DNA of 64,000 nucleotides from Gemmatimonadaceae bacterium (GTDB lineage: Bacteria > Gemmatimonadota > Gemmatimonadetes > Gemmatimonadales > Gemmatimonadaceae): positions 41,144 through 105,143 of the forward strand of contig DATEHK010000173.1 of NCBI GenBank assembly GCA_035279625.1. Direction: 5' to 3'. Under the pieces are notes generated by a model, which was not told the origin of the DNA, did no database searches, and saw nothing but the letters and a program-made list of their open reading frames with translations. Positions 48,267 through 56,151 of the stretch are shown one piece after another. Made by a program: the position numbers and the translations under genes. How positions within the stretch are numbered: the stretch's first letter is position 1; each line of letters opens with the position of its first letter.

Positions 48267-50026
48267 ATCCGTGGCAGGATACGACGGCGCTCCGTCAGTT
48301 AGGCGCATACGTGCCGGCCAACACGGTGCACTACCTGCTGCCGAGCATCGCGGTCGCGGTGGCATTCGGCGCCCTGTTCGTGCTGCGGCACAAGCGTCCG
48401 TTGCAGCGTGTGCTGCGCGTGACGGGAACGGTGGCACCGGTCGTCGTGCCGCGCTTGTTGGCGGCGACGACGTTCCTGGCAGGGTCGATTCTGATCTTTT
48501 CGGGCGCCACGCCGGCGGCGGCGGAGCGGTTGGGCTGGTTGGTGCAGGTGCTGCCGCTGCCGGTGATCGAGGTCTCGCACTTTTTCGGCAGTCTCGCGGG
48601 TGCAGGGCTGCTGATTCTGGCGCGCGGATTGTGGCGCCGCCTCGATGCGGCGTATTCCTTGACCGTCGTTCTGTTAGGCGCGGGAGCGTTGTTCTGCCTG
48701 CTCAAGGAACTGGACGTCGAGGAAGCGGTCCTGCTCGCGGCCATGCTTGGCGCGCTGGTCGCCAGCCGTCGGTTTTTCTACCGGAAAGCGAGCTTGTTCG
48801 AGGAGCGATTCACCGCCCCGTGGATCGCGGCGATTGGGTTCGTCGTGGTTGGATCCGTCGTGTTGGGCGTCATCTCGTACGGCTGGCCGGACATCAGCGC
48901 CGGGACGTTCTGGCGCTTTTCACCAGGCGCCGAGGCGCCGCGTTTCCTGCGGGCGACGACCGGCGTGGTGGTGGTCCTCGTGCTCGTGGCCGGGACGCGT
49001 CTCATCACGCCGGCGCGCGCGCGGCCCGGGTTGCCGACGCTCGCGGAGCTCGATGCCGTCGCCCCGATCGTCGCGGCGTCGCCGGAGGCGGCGGCCCATC
49101 TCGCCTTTCTGGGCGACAAGGCGCTGCTGTTCAACGCGGCGCGCACAGGCTTCGTGATGTACGCCGTCGCGCGACGGAGCTGGGTTGCGTTAGGCGATCC
49201 GGTGGCCCCGCCGGATGAGGTAGCCGACCTGGCGCTCCGCTTCATCACGGCGTGCGACCGGCACGGGGCGTGGCCGGTGTTCTACAAGGTGGGAACGGCG
49301 CACCTGCACCGCTATCTTGACATCGGGTTCAGCGTTGCCAAGTTAGGCGAGGAAGCGCGTGTTCAGTTAGGCGAGTTCTCGCTCGACGGCGCGGAGCGGC
49401 GCAACCTCCGCCGGGTGTGGCGGACGGCGGTGAACGATGGGTGCTCGTTCGAGATGCTGCCCGCCCGCGCAGTCGAGCAACAGGTGGGCGCATTGCGGGT
49501 CGTCTCGGACGCGTGGCTCGAGGCGAAACACGCGCGTGAAAAGCGGTTCTCGTTGGGCTTCTTCGACGACGACTACGTCCGTCGGTTTCCGACGGGAATC
49601 GTGCGCCGCGACGGACGCATCATTGCGTTCGCCAACGCCTGGCCGTCCGGATGTCACGAAGAGATCGAAGTCGACCTGATGCGATTCACGCCCGGCGCAC
49701 CGCCCGGTATCATGCGCTACGCGCTGTCCGAGATGATGCTGTGGGGAAAGGCACAGGGGTATCGCTGGTTCAATCTGGGGATGGCGCCCTTATCAGGCCT
49801 CACGGCCAGTACCATTGCCCCGATCTGGCACCGGTTGGGCACCGCGGCGTTTGGCCACGGCGAACGCTTTTACAATTTCCAGGGCGTGCGCGAGTTCAAG
49901 GAGTGGTTTCACCCGGTGTGGGTGCCGAAGTATCTCGTGTCGCCCGGCGCCGCGTTGCGTCCGGTGATCATGGCGAACATCGCGTCGCTCGTGGCAGGAG
50001 GACTGGAAGGGGTCGTCCGCCGTTAG
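48263..50026 (+). CDS. MprF-like membrane protein with C-terminal aminoacyl-phosphatidylglycerol synthase domain (DUF2156)
   Basis: GTG 48263 overlaps the mutY stop. About 6-7 TM helices, then FLGDKALLFNAARTGFVMYAVARRSWVALGDPV...WFNLGMAPLSG. The first 143 codons of ORF 47834..50026 overlap mutY and I rejected them. Confidence 0.75.
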   Translation: MNPWQDTTALRQLGAYVPANTVHYLLPSIAVAVAFGALFVLRHKRPLQRVLRVTGTVAPVVVPRLLAATTFLAGSILIFSGATPAAAERLGWLVQVLPLPVIEVSHFFGSLAGAGLLILARGLWRRLDAAYSLTVVLLGAGALFCLLKELDVEEAVLLAAMLGALVASRRFFYRKASLFEERFTAPWIAAIGFVVVGSVVLGVISYGWPDISAGTFWRFSPGAEAPRFLRATTGVVVVLVLVAGTRLITPARARPGLPTLAELDAVAPIVAASPEAAAHLAFLGDKALLFNAARTGFVMYAVARRSWVALGDPVAPPDEVADLALRFITACDRHGAWPVFYKVGTAHLHRYLDIGFSVAKLGEEARVQLGEFSLDGAERRNLRRVWRTAVNDGCSFEMLPARAVEQQVGALRVVSDAWLEAKHAREKRFSLGFFDDDYVRRFPTGIVRRDGRIIAFANAWPSGCHEEIEVDLMRFTPGAPPGIMRYALSEMMLWGKAQGYRWFNLGMAPLSGLTASTIAPIWHRLGTAAFGHGERFYNFQGVREFKEWFHPVWVPKYLVSPGAALRPVIMANIASLVAGGLEGVVRR

Positions 50027-50075
50027 CGCACCCTGTGGCGCGTTGCGCGTCCCCGGCCTATTATCTCGGCACCGC

Positions 50076-50702
50076 ATGATCTTCCCTCTCGCCCAACAGA
50101 TACCGGATCACCGTGTTGCCGCCGCGGTGGACACGGTGTTCCACGATCCGGAATATCGGCGCCTGACGCTGGGGCAAACGCTGTGGCATTGGTTCCTGGT
50201 GCTGCTGACCCGGGCGTTCGACTATGTGGCGTCGTGGTACGAGCGTCTCCGCGCGTCGCCGGGAACGTTCTGGTTCTTGGTGACGATCGTCGCCGCGTTA
50301 GTCCTGGCGGTCGTCACGCGCTCGGTGATGTTGTGGCGCATGCGCCGTACCGACGTGGCCCGCGGAATGATCTGGGGAGCGATGGGCGGCGCGCGCGGCG
50401 AAGATCCGTGGGCGGCGGCACAGGCGCTGGCGGCATCTGGCGACTACACGAGCGCGGCGCATGCGCTCTATGCGGCGATGTTGGAGAGCGCCGCGCGACA
50501 AAACCAGATTCGACTGCATCCGTCGAAGACCGTGGGCGACTACGTACGCGAGCTGCGCACGCGGTCGTCCTCGCTATTCGGCCGCTTTCGAGAATTTGGC
50601 CGATCGTACGAGGTCGTGATCTACGGCATCGGGGCGTGCGACGCCGAGCGCTACCAGCATCTGCATACGCTCGCCATGCCGGTGGTGCACCCGCATGCCT
50701 AA
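50076..50702 (+). CDS. DUF4129-like membrane protein
   Basis: Two TM helices, then GDYTSAAHALYAAMLESAARQNQIRLHPSKTVGDYVREL, the pattern of DUF4129 proteins that accompany MoxR/DUF58. Confidence 0.55.
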   Translation: MIFPLAQQIPDHRVAAAVDTVFHDPEYRRLTLGQTLWHWFLVLLTRAFDYVASWYERLRASPGTFWFLVTIVAALVLAVVTRSVMLWRMRRTDVARGMIWGAMGGARGEDPWAAAQALAASGDYTSAAHALYAAMLESAARQNQIRLHPSKTVGDYVRELRTRSSSLFGRFREFGRSYEVVIYGIGACDAERYQHLHTLAMPVVHPHA

Positions 50703-51903
50703 TCGCTCGTTGCTGCGGCCGAGTGTCGTGCTCCCGATTCTCGGCGTGCTGCTGGTTGCGGCAGTGATCGCGTCGCCGGGAGGGAGCGCGGGCGGCGACC
50801 TCGACCAGCGTCTCACCACGTACGGTACGAATCCGTTCGGTGCCAAGGCACAGTACGATGTGCTCAGGCGGCTCGGTTGGACGGTCACGCGGCGCCGCTC
50901 GGTTTTTCGTGCGCCGTTAGACTCATCGGTCACGTACCTGCTGCTGGATCCGCCGATCGACCCCAGCGCAACGGAAGTCGCGGCGCTGCTGGACGCGGTG
51001 CGTCGTGGTGCGACGCTCGTCGTGTCTCCCGAGGCAGGCTCCGCACTGGCGGACTCGCTGCGCATCCGGCGGTCGCGCTACCCGGGGCACTATGACGTGG
51101 CGCGACCTGGTAGCGATGCGAGCACGAGCGTGACGACGTCGCTCAACGCGGCAGCGATCGACGCCCGGGAGTTTTCGCGCGTGCTGGTGCCGGTGCGGAC
51201 CTCGGAACAGGACACGGCACCCGTTTTCCCGCCGTCGACCACGACGTTGGTCAGCGTGAGCACCGACAGCGGCCGAACCGCGCCGGCCATCATGGTGCGC
51301 CGGTTAGGCAATGGCGTGGCGCTGGTCGTGGCGGATTTCGAATTCCTGCGGAATGCAAACGTACGCGACACGACCGGGATGATTCTCGCCGTGCGCCTGT
51401 TGGAAGAAGCGGGGTCCGGTCCCTCGCGGCGGCTCGACTTCGACGAATATCACCAAGGATTCGGCGAGTCGACGACGCTCCTGGGTGTGATCGGGCACGC
51501 ACTCTTCGGAACGGCGCCCGGCCGAGTGGGCGTGCAAGTGTCGATCGCGTGTCTCGTGCTGCTGCTGGTGATCGGCATGCGGCCGATTCTGCCGCGAGAG
51601 CGCCAGAGCATCGAGCGGCGCTCGCCGCTGGAGCACGTTGGCGCGCTGACTTTGGCCTACGAGCAGATTCATGCGACGCGGTTGGCCACCAGCCGATTGC
51701 TCCGCGGGCTCCGCCGGCGCCATCCGTTAGGCGCCGGCTCGCTGCCCGACGACGGATACCTGACAATGCTCACGCGACGCGTGCCGGTGAGCGGCCCCGA
51801 CGTTGCCGTGTTGCAGCGCGCGCTCACACAGCAGCTGTCCGCCGCCGACTGGATCGCGGTCGGCGACGCCATTGACCACATCGAGAGGGCGATAACCCCG
51901 TGA
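50695..51903 (+). CDS. Membrane-anchored protein, DUF4350-like by context
   Basis: N-terminal TM (VVLPILGVLLVAAVIA) and a second TM near residue 280. 8-nt overlap with the upstream gene and a GTGA overlap with the downstream MoxR gene. Confidence 0.45.
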   Translation: MPNRSLLRPSVVLPILGVLLVAAVIASPGGSAGGDLDQRLTTYGTNPFGAKAQYDVLRRLGWTVTRRRSVFRAPLDSSVTYLLLDPPIDPSATEVAALLDAVRRGATLVVSPEAGSALADSLRIRRSRYPGHYDVARPGSDASTSVTTSLNAAAIDAREFSRVLVPVRTSEQDTAPVFPPSTTTLVSVSTDSGRTAPAIMVRRLGNGVALVVADFEFLRNANVRDTTGMILAVRLLEEAGSGPSRRLDFDEYHQGFGESTTLLGVIGHALFGTAPGRVGVQVSIACLVLLLVIGMRPILPRERQSIERRSPLEHVGALTLAYEQIHATRLATSRLLRGLRRRHPLGAGSLPDDGYLTMLTRRVPVSGPDVAVLQRALTQQLSAADWIAVGDAIDHIERAITP

Positions 51904-52859
51904 TGACCGCCGAGCAAGTTGCCGAACGCATGGGCGCAGTGCGCGCAGCCGTCGCGTCCCGCGTCGTTGGGCAGGACGCCGTGATCGACGAGGTGCTCGT
52001 GGCGTTCCTCGCCCGCGGACACGCACTGTTGGAGGGCGTTCCCGGCACGGCGAAGACGCTCCTGGTCCGCCTTCTCGCGAGTGCGCTCAATGCGAAGTTC
52101 GGCCGCATTCAGTTCACGCCCGACCTCATGCCCTCGGACATCACGGGCACGACCGTGCTGCAGGATGGCGGCCGGACGAGCGAATTCCGGCCCGGCCCGG
52201 TGTTCACCGACCTCTTGCTGGCGGACGAGATCAATCGCGCGCCGGCCAAGACGCAGGCGGCGCTGCTCGAGGCGATGCAGGAGCGGCAGGTGACCGTCGA
52301 TGGCACCGCCCGTCCGTTAGGCACGCTGTTCTCGGTATTCGCGACGCAGAACCCGGTGGAGTACGAGGGCACGTACCCGCTGCCCGAGGCGCAGCTCGAC
52401 CGATTCCTCCTCAAGGTCAGGGTTCCGTATCCGGCCAAAGAGGCCGAGCTCGCGATGTTGGCCAACTACGCATCGGGATTCGATGCCGAGCGGGCCTCGG
52501 ACATTCGGTTGGAGCCGGTGCTCAACGCGGAGTCGTGCGCGGAGGTGCGCCAGACCGTGGACCGGATCACGGTAGCGCCCGAAGTGCGCGAGTACATCGC
52601 ATCGATCGTGCGCGCAACCCGCGAGGAGACCGCCCTCACGTTAGGCGGATCGCCGCGCGCCACGGTGGCGTTGTTTCGCGTGTCGCGCGCGGCGGCGGTG
52701 ATCGCCGGCCGCGATTTCGTGACGCCCGACGACGTGAAAGACTACGCGTTGCCGGTGCTTCGCCACCGCGTGGTGGTGTCGCCCGAGGTCGAAGTGGAGG
52801 GCCGCACCAGCGACGACGTGATGCAAGCGGTGCTGATGCGCGTGGTGGCACCGAAATGA
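51900..52859 (+). CDS. MoxR-family AAA+ ATPase (paralog 2)
   Basis: [44 protein letters not shown]. Confidence 0.9.
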   Translation: MMTAEQVAERMGAVRAAVASRVVGQDAVIDEVLVAFLARGHALLEGVPGTAKTLLVRLLASALNAKFGRIQFTPDLMPSDITGTTVLQDGGRTSEFRPGPVFTDLLLADEINRAPAKTQAALLEAMQERQVTVDGTARPLGTLFSVFATQNPVEYEGTYPLPEAQLDRFLLKVRVPYPAKEAELAMLANYASGFDAERASDIRLEPVLNAESCAEVRQTVDRITVAPEVREYIASIVRATREETALTLGGSPRATVALFRVSRAAAVIAGRDFVTPDDVKDYALPVLRHRVVVSPEVEVEGRTSDDVMQAVLMRVVAPK

Positions 52860-54277
52860 CCAACGCGATGGCGCCGGTGCCGGCGAGCGCGTCGGACGCA
52901 GACGAAGCCGCGCGCGCCTCGAGTCATCCGAGGATCAGACGCTCGCGCATCGGACGACTGCCGGTCCCAACGCGTCGCCTCGCGATCCTGGTCGCGGCGC
53001 TGGCGCCGATTTGGATGGTGTCGGACAGCGACACGGGCTCCCGCATCGCACTCATCGTCACCGCGCTGATCGTCGCGGCGGTCATGCTGGACGCGCTCAC
53101 CACGCCCGCGCGCTGGCAGGTCGAGATCGAACGCACGGTGCCCGACCGCATTGGGTTAGGCGACACCGTCGACGCTGCGTACGTGGTGACGCTGGCCGCC
53201 GGGCGGCCCCTCCGGTTCTCTCTCTACGACGATTTGCCGCGGGGCGTGCGCGCGACCTCGGAATCCGGCGAACGACGTCACGCCGTGCGGGGGGGCGCGC
53301 CCTGCTCCATTCCGCTGCAGCTCACCGGCGCCGAACGCGGCGTGTGGCCCCTTGGCGGCATCGTCGTGCGCGCCGACGGCTGGTTAGGCCTGGTCCGCCG
53401 GACCCTTCGCTGGCAATTGAGCGACACGGTGACAGTCGTGCCGTCGATGGCCGGCGTGAGCCGGTATCGCCTGCTCGCCGTGCACCATCGCTTGCGTGAT
53501 CTCGGGATGCGCGCCATTCGGCGCCGCGGCGACGGAACCGCATTCGCGAGTCTGCGCGAATACGTGGTGGGCGACGAACCGCGGCGCGTCGACTGGAAGG
53601 CGACGGCTCGGCGCGGCGTGCTCATCTCGCGCGAGTACACGATCGAGCAGGGTCAAACCGTGATGCTCGCGATCGACGCCGGACGCATGATGACGCAGCT
53701 GGAAGGCGATGTGCCGCGCTTCGAGTACGCGCTGTCGTCGGCCATGCTCCTCGCCGACGTGGCGACGCAATCGAAGGATCAGGTGGGCGCGCTAGTATTC
53801 GACGACGAAATCCGCGCATGGGCGCCGCCGATGCGCGGAAAGCAGGCGTTAGAGCGCGTGCACCGCGCGATCATGCCGACCATGGCCAGCATGGCCGAGC
53901 CCGACTATGCCGCGGCGTTTCGTGTGTTAGGCGAACGGCAGCGGAAGCGGTCGCTCATCGTATTGTTCACCGACGTGATCGACGCGCGGTCGTCGCAAGC
54001 ACTCATCGCGCATACCTCGCGCGGCGCGGCGCGCCACCTCCTCGTGGTTGTCGCGCTGCGCAATGACCGCTTGATCGCGACGGCGCGACCGGAGACTGGT
54101 GCCTCCTCCACCGAACTGTACGAAGCGGCCGCCGCCGAGGAGCTCGTCACGGCGCGCGAGACCGCACTGGCCCGCATGCGCCACGCCGGCGTGTCGGTGC
54201 TCGATGTGTCGCCGCGCGCAATGACGGCGGCCGTGATCAATCGCTACCTCGAGCTCAAAGCCCGCGCTTCGCTATAG
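52856..54277 (+). CDS. DUF58 family protein (MoxR partner)
   Basis: ATG 52856 overlaps the MoxR stop (ATGA). Two N-terminal TM helices. FASLREYVVGDEPRRVDWKATARRG signature of DUF58. Confidence 0.8.
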   Translation: MTNAMAPVPASASDADEAARASSHPRIRRSRIGRLPVPTRRLAILVAALAPIWMVSDSDTGSRIALIVTALIVAAVMLDALTTPARWQVEIERTVPDRIGLGDTVDAAYVVTLAAGRPLRFSLYDDLPRGVRATSESGERRHAVRGGAPCSIPLQLTGAERGVWPLGGIVVRADGWLGLVRRTLRWQLSDTVTVVPSMAGVSRYRLLAVHHRLRDLGMRAIRRRGDGTAFASLREYVVGDEPRRVDWKATARRGVLISREYTIEQGQTVMLAIDAGRMMTQLEGDVPRFEYALSSAMLLADVATQSKDQVGALVFDDEIRAWAPPMRGKQALERVHRAIMPTMASMAEPDYAAAFRVLGERQRKRSLIVLFTDVIDARSSQALIAHTSRGAARHLLVVVALRNDRLIATARPETGASSTELYEAAAAEELVTARETALARMRHAGVSVLDVSPRAMTAAVINRYLELKARASL

Positions 54278-56118
54278 GCGAACTGCTCCTCGTCGGTGGC
54301 GTGCATTCCGCGACCGCCGAGCACCACGTACGCGAGCAGCACAACCGCACAGGCGATCGCCACGCCGATCTTCACGCCGATCGAGATGTCGGTGCGCGGA
54401 GAAATGAGTCCTTCGATTGTCCCGGCTATGACCAACAACAGCGTGGACGCGGCAATCAAGCGTATCGCGCGCCGTCCGTACACGACCAGCGCTTCACGCC
54501 GTGTGTACAGGCCGGGCAGGAGCAACGCGCGTGCGAGGAGTAGTCCGCCACCACCGGCGATGCAGATGGCGCTCAGCTCGAACACGCTGTGGGACAACAC
54601 GAATTCGCCGATCTGACCGAAGATGCCCTTCGATGCGTAGAGGCCTGCGGCAGCCCCGATCGAGATACCATTGTACACGAGCATCAATATCGTGCCCACG
54701 CCAAATGAGATGCCGGCACCAAAGACGGCGTAGGTGACCTGGATGTTGTTGCTGATGATCGTCGACGCCGCGACCGGACGCATGAAGGACTTGATCTCGA
54801 CATAGGTGCGGTCGCCGTGCTTCGCACGAGCAACGCCCTCGTTCACGCGGTCGATCATGGTGGGCGGCAATAGCGATTCCGCTAACCGCGGATTGTCGAC
54901 GACGGCTCGAAACGTGATCGCCATCGGACCGAACATGAACAACGCCGCCAGCCCGATGTACGCCCATGAGCGACGAATCTCCTGCGGCACGTTCACCGCG
55001 AGGAATCGAAGCGCCGCGCCGCTGGTGAGCGATCGCTGTCGGTAGAGCAGGTTGTGTCCGCCCGCGACCAAGCGGCTGAGATAGAACACCGCGTCCGACT
55101 GGCTGTCTTTGGACGCCGTCTTGAGTCTCGCGAGGTCGGTGGCGAGCTCGCGGTATTGCGCCACGAACTCGCTCACTTCGCTCTCCGACAGGTTGCGCAG
55201 ACCGCGGCGTTGGACATCCCGCAGCGTCGTCGCGAATCCGCTCCACTTGGTCGACGAGCGGGCCACCATGGCGTGTCGCTCGCGCGCCGCGCCGGTGGCT
55301 CCGCGTGCCGCGATGCCGCGCGATCGCGCCGCGCGCTCGCGCGCATAGAGCAGGCGCAGGCGGTCGAGCATCGGCAGCGGCTCGTTAGGCATGTGCGCGG
55401 CAAGCTTGACGGACAACTGATCGGCCAGTGTGGCCAATCGGAGCGGTGCCAATGCGGAAGCCCGCGACAGGAACCGCTCGAGCAGGTCGTACTCCGCCGT
55501 GCTGAGCGACGCCGTCACCGGAACCGCGTCCGATGTCTGCGCGTCGATCGCGATCATGGGCGCCTGATCGATCCGCTCCTGGACGACGAACGTGCCGGCC
55601 ATCATGTCGCCGAGTCGCTTGCCGGATTTCGCGAGCGACGCGCTCACGACGCCGACACCGTAGGTGAAGGCCGGTTGCATGTCGACGATACGCGCAATGT
55701 TGCGAACGGCCGACGCGCCGAACGACACCGAGTAGCCGCCGTCCTGTACGACACGAATGTGGAGCAGCTTCTTGCCCGGCGTTTGTCCGTCCCACAGCGC
55801 TTCGAACAGGACGTAGTAGCCCCACTGCAGCGCGAACACGAACAGAATGACGATGGCGACGGCCCAGCCACCGGTGGCATCGGGCGTCGCCTGCCCTTTC
55901 GGCGCCATCTTGGCGAGCATGCCCATGAGGAAGAAAAACCCGATGATGATCGCCGAGATCGCGAAAAAGTCCACGATCGCGGCAGCGGCGCGCGCTCCGA
56001 CACCAGCGAGGGTGTACGACAGCACCACCTGCTCCGGCGTCTCGACGTCGACGCGCTGATCGAACGAGTCAGCGGCGTGCGGCAACGGCCGCGCGGATGG
56101 TGGTTGCGTACCAGTCAT
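54244..56118 (-). CDS. RDD-domain / SpoIIM-like (DUF95) fusion membrane protein
   Basis: N-terminal RDD-type region (AGVGARAAAAIVDFFAI...GQTPGKKLLHIRVV). C-terminal multi-TM SpoIIM-like region. Its 3' end overlaps the convergent DUF58 gene by 34 nt. Confidence 0.7.
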   Translation of the reverse strand: MTGTQPPSARPLPHAADSFDQRVDVETPEQVVLSYTLAGVGARAAAAIVDFFAISAIIIGFFFLMGMLAKMAPKGQATPDATGGWAVAIVILFVFALQWGYYVLFEALWDGQTPGKKLLHIRVVQDGGYSVSFGASAVRNIARIVDMQPAFTYGVGVVSASLAKSGKRLGDMMAGTFVVQERIDQAPMIAIDAQTSDAVPVTASLSTAEYDLLERFLSRASALAPLRLATLADQLSVKLAAHMPNEPLPMLDRLRLLYARERAARSRGIAARGATGAARERHAMVARSSTKWSGFATTLRDVQRRGLRNLSESEVSEFVAQYRELATDLARLKTASKDSQSDAVFYLSRLVAGGHNLLYRQRSLTSGAALRFLAVNVPQEIRRSWAYIGLAALFMFGPMAITFRAVVDNPRLAESLLPPTMIDRVNEGVARAKHGDRTYVEIKSFMRPVAASTIISNNIQVTYAVFGAGISFGVGTILMLVYNGISIGAAAGLYASKGIFGQIGEFVLSHSVFELSAICIAGGGGLLLARALLLPGLYTRREALVVYGRRAIRLIAASTLLLVIAGTIEGLISPRTDISIGVKIGVAIACAVVLLAYVVLGGRGMHATDEEQFAYSEARALSSR

Positions 56119-56151
56119 TTGGAAGGCGAGGAGAGGACCCTGCGGAACGAG

